Shown: positions 11,693-24,400 of the stretch, piece after piece
Numbering within the stretch: position 1 is the first letter of the stretch
Layout: each line of letters starts with the position of its first letter
Assembly: GCF_046119375.1 (NCBI RefSeq)
Contig: NW_027362767.1
Span: 184,698,001 to 184,762,000, forward strand
DNA from: Phyllobates terribilis
Taxonomy: Eukaryota
Length of the DNA stretch: 64,000 nt
Direction of reading: 5' to 3'
Translations under genes and position numbers: made by a program
Notes under the pieces: generated by a model
Told to the model about the DNA's origin: nothing
Seen by the model: only the letters and a program-made list of their open reading frames with translations
Databases searched by the model: none

Positions 11693-13071
11693 TGTAACAT
11701 CCCTCGCGGCATGCTGGCATGCCTTACCATCTTCCACCATGCAAGACCGCCAACTTACCTACCAGTCCAGGCTGCGCACTATGCTCCTCTACTTTCTGTG
11801 TGCATGTCTCTTATCTGCTGGCTTAGGGTGGCAGCGCTGGAACTTCCTCATTCTTAAAGTTACAGTGTGCGAAGTCCTAATGGGTCCCCAGCCTATTGCT
11901 GTGAGTCACTGGATAGTTAAACCTCCTCCACCCAGTGGGAGGTGCCTGAGCAACACTTTCTTACAGTGTGTTCTGTGCAACTGTGAGTTGCCAGATCCTG
12001 TCCTGAATCTTGCCTGTTTCTTCCACCCTGGGGGATGAGTACCCAGGCCTGTACCGGGTCCTGTATCTTTCCATTTCTGCCACCCTGGGGGCTGAGTACC
12101 CAGGCCCGTTACCTGTATCTGTGACTTCTAGTCTATTTCCACCACCCTGGGGGCTGTATGACCAGACTCGTTCCTGTATCTCGTTCCTGTGTCAGTTTCT
12201 ATCTAAACTGTTTCCTAGCCCATTACCTGTTGGTCTCTATGTCTGATCCTTCCCTTTTCCTGCAGTGTCTGAACCAGTACCTAACTCCAACTCGTTGTCT
12301 CTGTACTTTCATTTGTGAGATCTGCTCTGCTCTGCCCTGCTCCACTTCCCGTCCGCACCTGCAGCTCTGCTCTGCCCTGCTCCGCTTCCTGTCTGCACCT
12401 GCGGCTCTGCTCTGCCCTGCTCCACTTCCCGTCTGCACCTGCAGCTCTTCTCTGCCCTGCTCCACTTCCCGTCTGCACCTGTGGCTCTGCTCTGCTCCAC
12501 TTCCCGTCCGCACCTGCGGCTCTGCTCTGTCCTGCTCCACTTCCCATCTGCACCTGCGACTCTGCTCTGCCCAGCTTCCCATCTGCACCTGCAGCTCTGT
12601 TCTTCTCTGCCCTGCTCCGCTTCCTGTCTGCACATGCGGTTCTGTTCCTGTATCCCATTCTGTACTGGTCCCTATCCAGCCTGTTTACCTACCTGCCAGT
12701 ACCCGCCTGTCTGTATACCAGCCGTGCCTGCCAGTAACTGCCTGTCTGTATACCAGCCGTGCCTGCCAGTACCCGCCTGTCTGTATACCAGCCGTGCCTG
12801 CCAATACCCGCCAATCTGCATACCAGCCAAACCTGCCCGTTCCTGCATTCCCCGGTGTGGGTCTACGGCTGTGTGACCGGGGTCTGACCTGAGTCGCACC
12901 TGGGCCACCTCCCTCGTCCCTCCTCAGACCACGGAGTCGATTAAACCGCTGTGCGTCCGTGGTCGGATCTGGTGAGGCCCCTAGTCACGGCCCTCCAGGC
13001 ACTCCTCGGTTCGTGGCCCAGTGGGACCACTAACCACGCTCACACCAAACAGTCCGGGCGTGAGCGTAACA
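11693..13071 (+). mobile_element. Solo LTR (1379 bp) of the chromovirus-related LTR family
   Basis: tgtaaca...cgtaaca termini with a perfect 5-bp TSD gtcag (11688-11692 and 13072-13076). Confidence 0.88.
12321..12640. repeat. ~40-bp VNTR (about 8 copies) inside the solo LTR
   Basis: Unit ctctgctctgccctgctccacttcccgtccgcacctgcag, with some shorter variants. Confidence 0.85.
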
Positions 13072-14731
13072 GTCAGTATCCACAGTGAAACGAGTACTGT
13101 ATCAACATGCGCTGAAAGGTCACTCTGCCAGGAAGAGGCCATTACTCCAAAAGAAACCTAGAAAAGACAGATTAATGTTTGCAAATGTACACAGGAACAA
13201 AGACCTTAATTTTTGGAGACATGTCCTGTGGTCTGATGAAACTAAAATTAAACTTTTTGGGCATAATGACTAGTGTTGATCGAGCACTAAAATGCTCGGG
13301 TGCTCGAAGCTCGGGCCGAGCTCGCCGTGATACTCGGGTGCTTGACCCGAGCAACGAGCCCAATGTTAGTCTAGGGGAGACCCGAGCATTTTTGCGGTGG
13401 CACCCCCGGCAGTCTTTTAAAAGCCTAACAAGTGCCCAAAACGATAGTGACAGTGCTCAAATGACATGGGGACAGCATGGGGATTGCCCCAGGAAGCATT
13501 TCTGACCTCCAGGTCACTGCTGTCAACAATGTGGTCAGAGGTATTAAGCCACTTTTACGGGCTCACAATAAAACGTTCAAAAACGAAACTGAAACTTTTT
13601 TCCTGTGAAATATGTTAAGGAATTTCTTTCCCAGGGTAAAGACTTGTGTATAAGGTAAAATAAATAACCAAAAACAAAAATACTCCTCCACACCTTGGGC
13701 TATGTTCACAAGTAGCATTTTTTATGCGTTTTTGCACTTTTGTATTGCTTTCAACTGTGACAAATGCATTCACCGGGAAATGTCATTTTAACATTTTACA
13801 ACCTTATCTGGCCATGTACTGTGTGACACATGCATAAAGTGCTGAAAAGACATGGGAACAGCATGGGGAAGACCCCTGGAAGCATCTCTGACACCCAGGT
13901 CACTGTCTAAACGTGTGCCCATCATAAGTGATCCTTGCCGCATCAGAAGATGCAGACTTGCAACTATCCCCGTGCAAGTTCTAGTCCCAGGGCAGTGATA
14001 AATTGTACCTCCCCCATTCCTTGCAATACAAGCGCAAGTATGCAGCCTGCCACCCACCCACCCCCAGGCTGCAATACTATACTGCTTGCTTGCTTGCACT
14101 TGAAATTGGGCCTTTTAGGCATGTGGAGGCAGAATCTGGCCACCACGTCATGGCTGCATTGGCAGCCTGGAGTCCATACTCAGTCCCCAGCCGCCCGGCG
14201 GCCGGGTGTCCATGCTCGGTCCCCAGCCGCCCCGCGGCCGGGTGTCCACACACAGTTCCCAGCCGCCTGGGGGCAGCCGGGTGTCCATAAACGGTCCCCA
14301 GCCTCCCCTATTTCTCCTTGGAACATCCCCCCACACACTTTTCTTAGCCCGGCCTGCTTTAGGGCAGCATTGGATGAGCCCACCAGAGAACCAGACTCCT
14401 CCGGTGGGCCCTGGCTTCTCCATCAGGGGAGTTGAGAGTGCCAAGGTGAGGAGCATGATGATGATGATGACAGAAGTTAGCATCTGCTTTGTTTTCTTTT
14501 AATGCAAGTGTAAGTGTGCAGCCTGCCACCCACCCACCCCCAGACTGCAATGCCATACTGCTAACTTGCACTTGAAATGGAGCCTTTTAGTTTGGAGGAG
14601 GCCGAAGCTGGCCACTACCTCATGGCTGCTTCGGCAGCAAGGTATCCATACTCAGTCCCCAGCCGCCCCTATTTGTCCTGGTGTGCCTTATACATAAGAT
14701 TAAGCGCGTATACCAAAACATTACCTGTGTC

Positions 14732-17700
14732 TGTTAGAACCTTGCTCTTAGGTTTTTTCCTTTGCTGGTCACATGACCTTGTTGGCCTATTTAATCCTGC
14801 TCCGCCCTTCTGGCTTTGCTGGACTTCATTGTATAACTACTTTCTAGCTAGCCTGTGCTCTGTATCTAACTCTGTTAGTTTGCTTGGTCTACGGACCTCT
14901 ATGTTCTATATATTTTGTTTGTTCGTCTGTCTGCTACTATTTCTGTTAGGAGGTGTCCCATTTTCCTCCCAGTCCTTAGTACTTGTAGAGATTCCTTCCC
15001 CACATCTATAGGTCTCCGTACAGACTAGCTTAGGACTTTAGCAGGTCTGATCGCAGGATCAGGTTCCCTGTTACATCGTAGGGATTCAGCTGAGTTCTAT
15101 CATAGGGACAGATCTCCTCTCTTTCCTTAGCTCTGGTAGCAGAACATAACAGTAAGTCCAGCCTGCAAATTCTCTAAGGAAAGATTTTTCTGTTCCATCA
15201 TGGTGTCGGTTCAGGATTTGGCTCATCGCCTGCAGGGACTCTCTCTGGAGGTGGCCGAGCTCCGTCAGCACGTGAGTAACTGTCCTGGAGCACATTTCTT
15301 GGAGCCTAAGGTATGTTTGCCGGATTTATTTTTTGGTGAACACCGAGAATTTTTTTCATTTAAAAATGCTTGATTATTGTATTTTCGTTTGAGACCCAAG
15401 TCCTCTGGGGATGAATCCCAGCGCATAGGGTTCAAAATGTCACTTTTGCGCAAAGAGCCTCAGGAGTGGGCCTTTTCTTTGCAACCTAGTGATACATGCT
15501 TCAGATCAGTGGATAGTTTTTTTTCTGCTTTGGGACTATTATATGATGATCCTGACCATGTCGCATCAGCTGAGACTGAGTTGAGACGTTTGAAACAGGG
15601 ATCAGGTAATGTGGAAAAATATTGTACTCATTTCCGTCGTTGGTCTACTCAAACAGGGTGGAACGATTCTGCTCTGAAAAGTCTATTTCTTGCTGGGCTC
15701 AATGAAAGGGTTAAAGACCTGCTAATTGCTTATCCTACACCTGAAGATTTGCAACAGGCTATGCAATTAGCTATACGGGTGGATAGGAGACTGCGTGCAA
15801 GGGTTAATGAGAGCAAATCCTCTGCTATGTCAGTTTCTGGTTATGAGAATGTGTGTACTAACAGTGGTGAACCGATGGAGATTGGATCGGTGGCACCTCG
15901 CTCTCAAGAAAAAGACCGTAGATTTTTTGAAGGCTTGTGTTTCTATTGCGGAAAATCTGGTCATTTGATTAAAGGCTGTGAGCTTCGTATGAAGAAAGAA
16001 AAAAAAATGGTCAGTCATGCCCGTATTGCCTGTTTAAATTCCAAGGGTGTATTTTTAGCTGCTTCCACGATTGCTCAGGAAAAATTAATGGAATTTCGGG
16101 TGTTTGTTGATTGCGGGTCTACTCTGAATGTAATTGATGGGGGATTCTTGGAAAGACTCAATTTAAAACCCGAACCTTTATCATCCCCCATTGCTGTGGT
16201 TTCTGTGGATGGTTCCCCTTTGAAGAATATTACTCTCAAGGTCTGTGAATTTCCTCTCACTATTAATGGTGTTCACCATGAGAAATTGGATTTGGTAGTG
16301 TTGAATAACTTGCCTTCTCCAGTAATATTGGGATTGCCCTGGTTAAAATTTCACAATCCTGTACTGGATTGGTCTACCAGTGAAATTAAATCCTGGAGCC
16401 ATAAATGTTATGACAAGTGTTGTAATGGGCGTATTGCAGCTTTGGATAGGGGAGAATTGCCTGTTCCTATTCAGGATTTTTGGAGAGTTTTTTCTGAGAA
16501 GGAATCGCAGGTTTTGCCTCCCCATAGAGACTATGATTGTTCTATTGAATTTGTCCCTGGAGCGACTCTTCCTAAAAGTCGTTTATTTAACCTTACTATT
16601 CCTGAGAGGAAGGCTTTGGAGGAATACATACAGACAAGTTTGGCCGCCGGTCACATTAGGCCTTCTAAGTCTCCTGTGGCGGTTGGATTTTTTTTTGTAA
16701 AAAAAAAGGACGGCGGTTTACGTCCTTGTCTGGATTTTCGTGAGATTAACAAAATTACTGTACGCAATCCTTACCCACTGCAATTGATTCCTGATCTGTT
16801 TAACCAGTTAATGGGGGCCAAGTGGTTCTCTAAAATTGACCTTAAGGGGGCATACAATCTGTTGCGCATGAAGGAGGGTGACGAATGGAAGACTGCTTTT
16901 AACACTCCTGTGGGTCATTTTGAGAATCTGGTTATGCCTTTTGGTCTTACTAATGCTCCTTCATTTTTTCAGAATCTTATTAATGACATCCTTAGACCTT
17001 TGATCGGCAAAAATGTGGTTGTGTATTTGGATGACATTTTGATTTATTCGCCGGATCTGGAGTCTCATTGGCGGAGCGTGCGTGAGGTATTACAGTTATT
17101 AATGGACAATTCGCTTTTTGCTAAGCTGGAGAAATGTGAGTTCGCTGTACAGAGAATTAGTTTTTTGGGTTACATTATCTCCAGCGATGGTTTTGAGATG
17201 GACCCGGTGAAAGTTCAAGCTGTACAGGAATGGCCTAGGCCTATTGGTTTGAAATCGATACAGAGGTTTTTAGGTTTCGCCAATTATTACAGAAAATTCA
17301 TAAAAAATTTTTCTAGTATTGTCAAACCTCTGACCGATCTCACCAGGAAAGGTGCTGATGCGGTTCAGTGGTCTTCTGAGGCCATTGAAGCTTTTGTGTA
17401 TCTCAAGGAGAGGTTCACCTCTGCTCCCATCCTTATGCAGCCTGATGTGACTAAGCCGTTTTTGGTTGAGGTTGATGCTTCCTCTGTGGGGGTTGGCGCA
17501 GTATTGTCTCAGGATAACGGGGATGGATTACATCCCTGTGCCTTTTTTTCAAAAAATTTTTCGGAGACTGAACTGAATTACGATATTGGTAATCGGGAAT
17601 TGCTGGCTATTAAACTCGCATTTGAACACTGGCGCCACTTCTTGGAAGGTGCGGAATTTCCCGTTCAGGTTCTTACGGATCATAAAAATCTGATATATCT

Positions 17701-19699
17701 TGATGCTGCCAAGCGCCTGAATGCCCGTCAGGCTAGGTGGGCACTGTTTTTCTCGCGGTTTAATTTCTCCGTTACTTACATCCCTGGTACTAAGAATGTT
17801 AAGGCGGATGCCTTGTCTCGCAGTTTTTCTCCCATAGTCGGTGCTGAGAAAGAGGAGAACATTTTACAAGAAGGTTTTGTGATAGCTGCTTTGGACTCCG
17901 TTTTGGAAGATGAGATTCTTAAAGCACAGGAGAATGCCCCATCTAACACTCCTCATGGGAGGTTGTTTGTGCCTGGGACCTTTAGGAGAGATTTGTTTGT
18001 TGAGTGTCATGAGTCTCGGTTGGCAGGTCATCCCGGAATCTCTGAGACCAAGAGACTGGTGGGTCGCAGTTTTTGGTGGCCTGGATGGCAGAAGGAGGTC
18101 ATTAAGTGGGTGCGTCAATGTACTATATGTGCTAGATCTAAGTCCTCACATACTCCTGCTGCGGGGTTGCTTTGTCCTTTGGAGGTTCCCAGTGCTCCTT
18201 GGACACATTTGGCTATGGACTTTATAACTGACCTTCCCCCCTCTGAGGGTTTTACTGTTATCTGGGTGGTCGTGGACCGTTTTAGCAAGATGTGTCACTT
18301 GTTTCCCTTTGTCAAACTGCCCTGCGCTAAAACTCTCGCTAAGGCCTTTGTCAAGGAAATTGTCAGACTTCATGGCGTTCCTACTGACATTGTTTCTGAT
18401 AGGGGTCCTCAGTTCGTGGCTCGTTTTTGGCGTGCCTTTTGTGACAGGTTGGGAGTTTATTTGTCGTTCTCGTCCGGATATCATCCTGAATCTAATGGCC
18501 AGACAGAAAGGAAAAACCAGGATGTTGAGCAGTTCTTGCGTTGTTTTGTGGCAGACAATCAAGAGGGGTGGTCTGCGTTTCTGCCACTTGCTGAATTTGC
18601 TCTGAACAATCATACATCTTCTTCTGCTGGTTGTTCGCCTTTTTTTTGTTGTTCTGGGAGACATCCGTCGTTTGGGTCGTTCTCCAAGTTGGGATCTGCC
18701 GTGCCTGAGGAGGAGAATTTTTCCGGTGATTTGGAGAGAGTTTGGACGGATGTGCGTGGTAATCTTCAGGAGGCCAACAGAAAATCTAAAGACTACTTTG
18801 ATAGGAAACGACAGGAGGTTTTGTTCGCTGTTGGTGACATGGTTTGGTTGTCCTCTAGGAATCTGCGGTTGAGGATTCCTTCTAAGAAATTGGGTCCCAA
18901 GTTTGTAGGGCCCTTTAAGGTGCTTCAGGTTGTCAACCAATCTGCTGTTAGGTTGGAGGTTCCTACCTCCTGGAGAATTAATCCGGTATTTCATGTCTCT
19001 CTGTTAAAAAAAGCTGTTGTGTCGGATGGTGACGCCTCTGCCTCTGTTCCTCCGGTGGTGGAGGACGGGGAATATGAAATTTCTCGCATCCTTAACTCTA
19101 GACGGTATAGAGGTAGTTTGCAGTATCTTGTGGCCTGGAAAGGTTTCGGACCCGAGGATAACTCTTGGGTGAGGTCAGATGATGTTTCCGCGTCCAGACT
19201 TATCAGAGCGTTTCACAGGAGATTTCCTGATAAGCCTGGTCCTAGGGGATCCAGAGGATCCTCTTAGAAGGGGGGGTACTGTTAGAACCTTGCTCTTAGG
19301 TTTTTTCCTTTGCTGGTCACATGACCTTGTTGGCCTATTTAATCCTGCTCCGCCCTTCTGGCTTTGCTGGACTTCATTGTATAACTACTTTCTAGCTAGC
19401 CTGTGCTCTGTATCTAACTCTGTTAGTTTGCTTGGTCTACGGACCTCTATGTTCTATATATTTTGTTTGTTCGTCTGTCTGCTACTATTTCTGTTAGGAG
19501 GTGTCCCATTTTCCTCCCAGTCCTTAGTATTTGTAGGGATTCCTTCCCCACATCTATAGGTCTCCGTACAGACTAGCTTAGGACTTTAGCAGGTCTGATC
19601 GCAGGATCAGGTTCCCTGTTACATCGTAGGGATTCAGCTGAGTTCTATCGTAGGGACAGATCTCCTCTCTTTCTTTAGCTCTGGTAGCAGAACATAACA
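14732..19699 (+). mobile_element. Young full-length Ty3/gypsy chromovirus (sushi/Tf1 type), 4968 bp
   Basis: 420-bp LTRs at 14732-15151 and 19280-19699, with 4 differences by eye. TG..CA termini, 5-bp TSD gtgtc, and PPT agaagggggggtac. Confidence 0.95.
15200..19267 (+). pseudogene. Single-frame gag-pol polyprotein (gag, CCHC knuckle, protease, RT, RNase H, integrase, chromodomain) with one premature TGA at 15371
   Basis: ATG at 15200 is in frame with the 1296-aa ORF. Motifs: CFYCGKSGHLIKGC, FVDCGS, YLDD, EVDASS, the HHCC/DDE integrase, and YEISRIL...YLVAWKGFGPEDNSW. Confidence 0.92.
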
Positions 19700-20759
19700 G
19701 TGTCCTCCCCAGTGCATTTAGTGGGAAGGAGAGCCTATTCCGCTGTATTGTGTGCATGCCAAACCCCTGTTCATGGTACATGCGAAGATGCCTCCCACCC
19801 TGCACCTGTTGTTGCAGACTTGCAACTATCCCCGTTCAAGTCCTTGTCCCAGGGCAGTGTTCAATTGTACCTCTCCCATTCCTTGCAATGCAAGCGCAAG
19901 TATGCAGCCTGCCACCCACCCACCCCCAGGCTGCAATACCATACTGCTTGCTTGCTTGCACTTTAAATTGGGCCTTTTAGGCATGTGGAGGCAGAATCTG
20001 GCCACGACGCCATGGCTGTGTCGGCAGCCTGGTATCCATACTCAGTCCCCAGCCGCCCGGTGGCCGGATGTCCCCGCTTGCTCCCCAGCCTCCAGGGGGC
20101 GGCCGGGTATCTATACTCGGTCCCCAGCCACCCCTATTTGTCCCAGTAACCTTTACCACACTTTTCTTAGCCTGGCCTGCTTTAGGGCAGCATTGGCCGA
20201 GCCCACCAGACAACCAGACTCCTCCGGTGGGCCCTGGCTTCTCCATCAGGGGAGTTGAGAGTGCCAAGGTGAGGAGCATGATGAGGATGATAGAAGTTAG
20301 CATCTGCTTTGTTTTGTTGGAATTCAAGCGCATGTATGTAGTAGCGGCTAGGCCTGAGGTGGTCAACGTTTTGGCGTATCTCCTACCTCCTCCAAGGATT
20401 GCTGGATGTTTTCCTGCTACTATCCAAGTTCTATGACTCCCGTTAAAACAAAGCTTCAGGTGATAAATGATGGATGAGGTAGTGGCAAAGGAGAAAGAGC
20501 AGGAGGAACAGGGACCATTCACATCAATATCAGGCCAGTCAACCAGATATGTCTTGTAGGATATGTTTCTGTAACAAAAGGAGCGGTTCGGCTACACAGT
20601 TATAGGGCATACAGTGAGTGCAATGCCTACCAAAAATTTTGAGGCACTCCAATGCCCCTTGGAAATGACATGGAGGTCAGAGGGCCTTAACTAAACTTTT
20701 TTTTCCATTTATAGCAACTGGGTCCCCTGTGCACTGTTTGCCTAAGCAGTGAATGGAAG

Positions 20760-21320
20760 GCTTTCCAAAAATTATGAGGAACTGCAATGCCCCTTACAAG
20801 AGCCATGCAGTACAGCATATTACAAACATAAGTCCCATTATTGGGGAGTGGGTCTCCCATAGGATTTGCTTATGCCTTCCAAGCAAAAGATTCCAAAAAT
20901 TAGGATGGAGCAACTTGCAATGCCCCTTACAAGAGCCATGCAGTACAGCATATTACAAACATAAGTCCCATTACTGGGGAGTGGGTCTCCCATAGGATTT
21001 GCTTATGCCTTCCAAGCAAAAGCTTCCAAAAATTAGGGTGGAGCAACTTGCAATGCCCCTTACAAGAGCCATGCAGTACAGCATATTACAAACATAAGTC
21101 CCATTATTGGGGAGTGGGTCTCCCATAGTATTTGCTTATGCCTTCCAAGCAAAAGCTTCCAAAAATTAGGATGGAGCAACTTGCAATGCCCCTTGCAAGA
21201 GCCATGCAGTACAGCATATTACAAATATAAGTCCCATTATTGGGGAGTGGGTCTCCCACAGTCTTTGTTTATGCCTTCCAAGCAAAAGCTGACAAAAATA
21301 AGGACGGAGGAACTTGCAGT
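20760..21320. repeat. 133-bp tandem repeat (~4 copies) downstream of the hAT transposase
   Basis: gcaatgcccc(t)t anchors at 20784, 20917, 21050 and 21183, with a degenerate one at 21316. Confidence 0.9.
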
Positions 21321-21467
21321 GCTGGCACCCTGGTAGTATAGTGGTGGTGGAGGCTGAGGATAAGGAGAAGAACATAAAACAGCCGAAATGAGGAAGCGTA
21401 TACCCATGTGTGGGTGTGAAGCGGTGCATGTGAATACACCTCCCGAAATAACACAGTGGATTTGACT

Positions 21468-24400
21468 TTATGTTACTCTGCTGTCATTTGGTGGTGATGA
21501 GAAGTCTGGCCCAATCCAGCCTTTGTTCATTTTGATAAAAGTCAGCTTGTCAGCATTGTCAGTTGACAGGCGAGTGCGCTTATCAGTTATAATTCCCCCA
21601 GCGGCACTAAAAACACGCTCCGATAACACGCTAGAGGCAGGGCAGGCCAGGACCTCCAAGGCGTACAGAGCGAGTTCATTCCAAGTGTCCAGCTTGGATA
21701 CCCAATAATTAAAAGGCACAGAGGAATCACGGAGGACGCTGGTACGGTCGGCAAGGTACTCCCTCACCATCTTTTGAAACTTTCCACTCCTTGTGAGAGT
21801 ACCCCGCGCCTCAGGGCCTGTAAGCTGGGCGGGTGTCAGAAATCTGTCCTAGAACGTTGACAGTGTTCCCCTGCCTCTGCTGGATTGGAGTTGCATCTCT
21901 CTCGCCTGTATGCCTTGGTTGGGCAACGAACTGTTAACTGTGCCGCTAGCGTGTTCAGATGGGAATTTTTTTAAGAGTTCTGCAGCAAGGGCCTTCTGGT
22001 ACTGCCCCATTTTTGTAGACCTCTCCACCTCAGGAATAAGAGAGTGAAAGTTCTCCTTGTAGCGGGGGTCTAAAAGTGTCACCAACCAGTAATGACTGTC
22101 ACCCAACATTTTGACAACGCGAGGGTCACGGTTAAGGCAGTGTAACATAAAGTCAGCCATGCGTGCCAGACTGGTAACGGGCAAGATTTCCGTGTCCTCA
22201 CCAAGATGACGACTGACCATGCTCTCCTCCTCCTCTTCCTCCTCCTCCCCCCTGTCCTCAGGCCACCCACGCTGAACCGACGGTATGACACTTGTACAGG
22301 TACTACCGTCTACAGCGCATGATAGCAGCTCCGGTTCTTCCTCCTCCTCTTCCTACTCTTCCTCTCCCTCATTGTCCCCCAATGCACGTTGGGATGAGAT
22401 GAGGCTGGGCTGTGTGTAATCGCCCACTACGGCTTCTTGATCCATCTCATCATACTCTGGCTGCAATGCCTCCTCTTTAATTCTCTGCAGAGAGCGTTGC
22501 AAAAGACAGACAAGTGGGATGCTGACACTAATGATGGCGTCATCGCCACTCACCATCTTGGTGGCCTCCTCAAAGTTTGTCAGGATGGTACATATGTCAG
22601 ACATCCAGGTCCACTCCTGAGGTCTTATGTGTGGAGTCTGACCTGAATATCGACGGCCTTGTTGCATCTGGTACTCCACAACTGCTCTCTTCTGCTCACA
22701 AATCCTTTGCAACATGTGGAGGGTAGAGTTCCAACGTGTGGGGACATCACACACCAGTCGATGTGACGGAAGCTGCAAACGCTGCTGCAACACAGCAAGG
22801 GCGGCGGAAGCTGTAGCCGACTTGCGAAAATGAGCTGACAGGCGGCATACTTTAACGAGCAGATCTGGCAACTCGGGGTACAATTTAAGAAACCGCTGAA
22901 CCACGAGGTTAAGCACATGAGCCAGGCATGGTACGTGTGTGATCTCACCTCGCCTCAGAGCCGCCACCAGGTTACGGCCATTGTCACACACGACCATGCC
23001 GGGATGTAGGTTCAGAGGTGTCAGCCACAGATCTGCCTGCTCTTTCACAGCTGTCCACATCTCACAAGCAGTGTGAGGTTTATCACCTAAACTTACGAGT
23101 TTCAGCACAGCCTGTTGCCGCTTGGCGGAGGCAGTACTGCAGTGCTTCCAGCTTGTAACTGATGTGGTGATATCTGAGATGGAGGCTGAACATGAGGAGG
23201 AGGAGGATGATGCGCAGGAGCTATATACTGTGGGGGCAACTCTGACTGACATAGGGCCCACAATCCTCGGTGTGGGGAGGACGTGTTCCGTCCCAAGGTA
23301 CGACTGGGTCCTGGCTTCCACTATGTTTACCCAGTGTGCCGTCAGAGATATGTACCATCCCTAGCCACAAGCACTTGTCCACGTGTCCGTTGTCAGGTGG
23401 ACTCTACCAGTAACTGAGTTGTTGAGGGCACGGCAGATGCTTTTTGACACGTGCATGTGTAGTGCGGGGATGGCACACCGGGCAAAATAGTGTCGGCTGG
23501 GGACCGAGTACCGAGGGACGGCCACCGCCATAAGATTGCGGAAGGATTCCGTCTCCACCAGCCTAAAAGGCAGCATTTCCAATGCAAGCATTCGTGAAAT
23601 GTGCGAATTTAGGACTGTGGCCTGTGGGGCGTTAGCTGCGAATTTCCACTTTCGTTCAAAGGTCTGGGATATGGACATTTGGACGCTGCGGTGGGACGTG
23701 GACGTGGACGTTGATGCTGTTTCTTGAGAAACTGCCTTAACAAGTGAAGACTGAGAGGAGGGGGCATCTTTACATGCAGTATGGACAGGGGATTGCCTTG
23801 CACACACAACAGGGGGTTCTATTTCACGCACAACAGTGGAAGAAGCAGTGGTGACACCCGCTGACACTGGTCGTGGACCTTGGGTTTTGCCCCACAAAGT
23901 CGGGTGCTTTGCTGCCATGTGCCTGATCATGCTGTTGGTGGTCAGGCTGGTAGTTTTGTCTCCCCTGCTGATGCTGGTATGGCAGGTGGAACATATTGCC
24001 TTTTTAGGGTTATCAGCAGAGTCTTTAAAAAAATTCCAGACTCTGGAAGACCTACCGCTTGTACTGGCAACGTCCCTCGTGTTGGTGTTACGGGAACGGT
24101 TGCCCGCCTTCGGTCTGCGGCCACCACACTGCTTCTTCCTGCCTGTTGGGGTACTCTGCCTCCCTCCCCCTGTGTGCTGCTGGCCTCACTCTGCATGTCC
24201 TCCTGCCACGTTGGTTTAGTTACTAGATCATCCACCACCTCCTCCTCTTCCACTTGCGCACCACGATGCTCCTCCTCACTTCCTGGCAATTGTGTCTCGT
24301 CATCGTCCACCTCTTGTGACAAATTGCCAGCGTTGACTTCCTGTGGCCGTGGCTGTTCAAATATTTGGGCATCGCTACATGGGATTTCCTCTTCCACCAC

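Noticed and set aside
12158-12892. Multiple overlapping Cys/Ala-rich ORFs
   Set aside because: Artefacts of the 40-bp GC-rich VNTR in a solo LTR.
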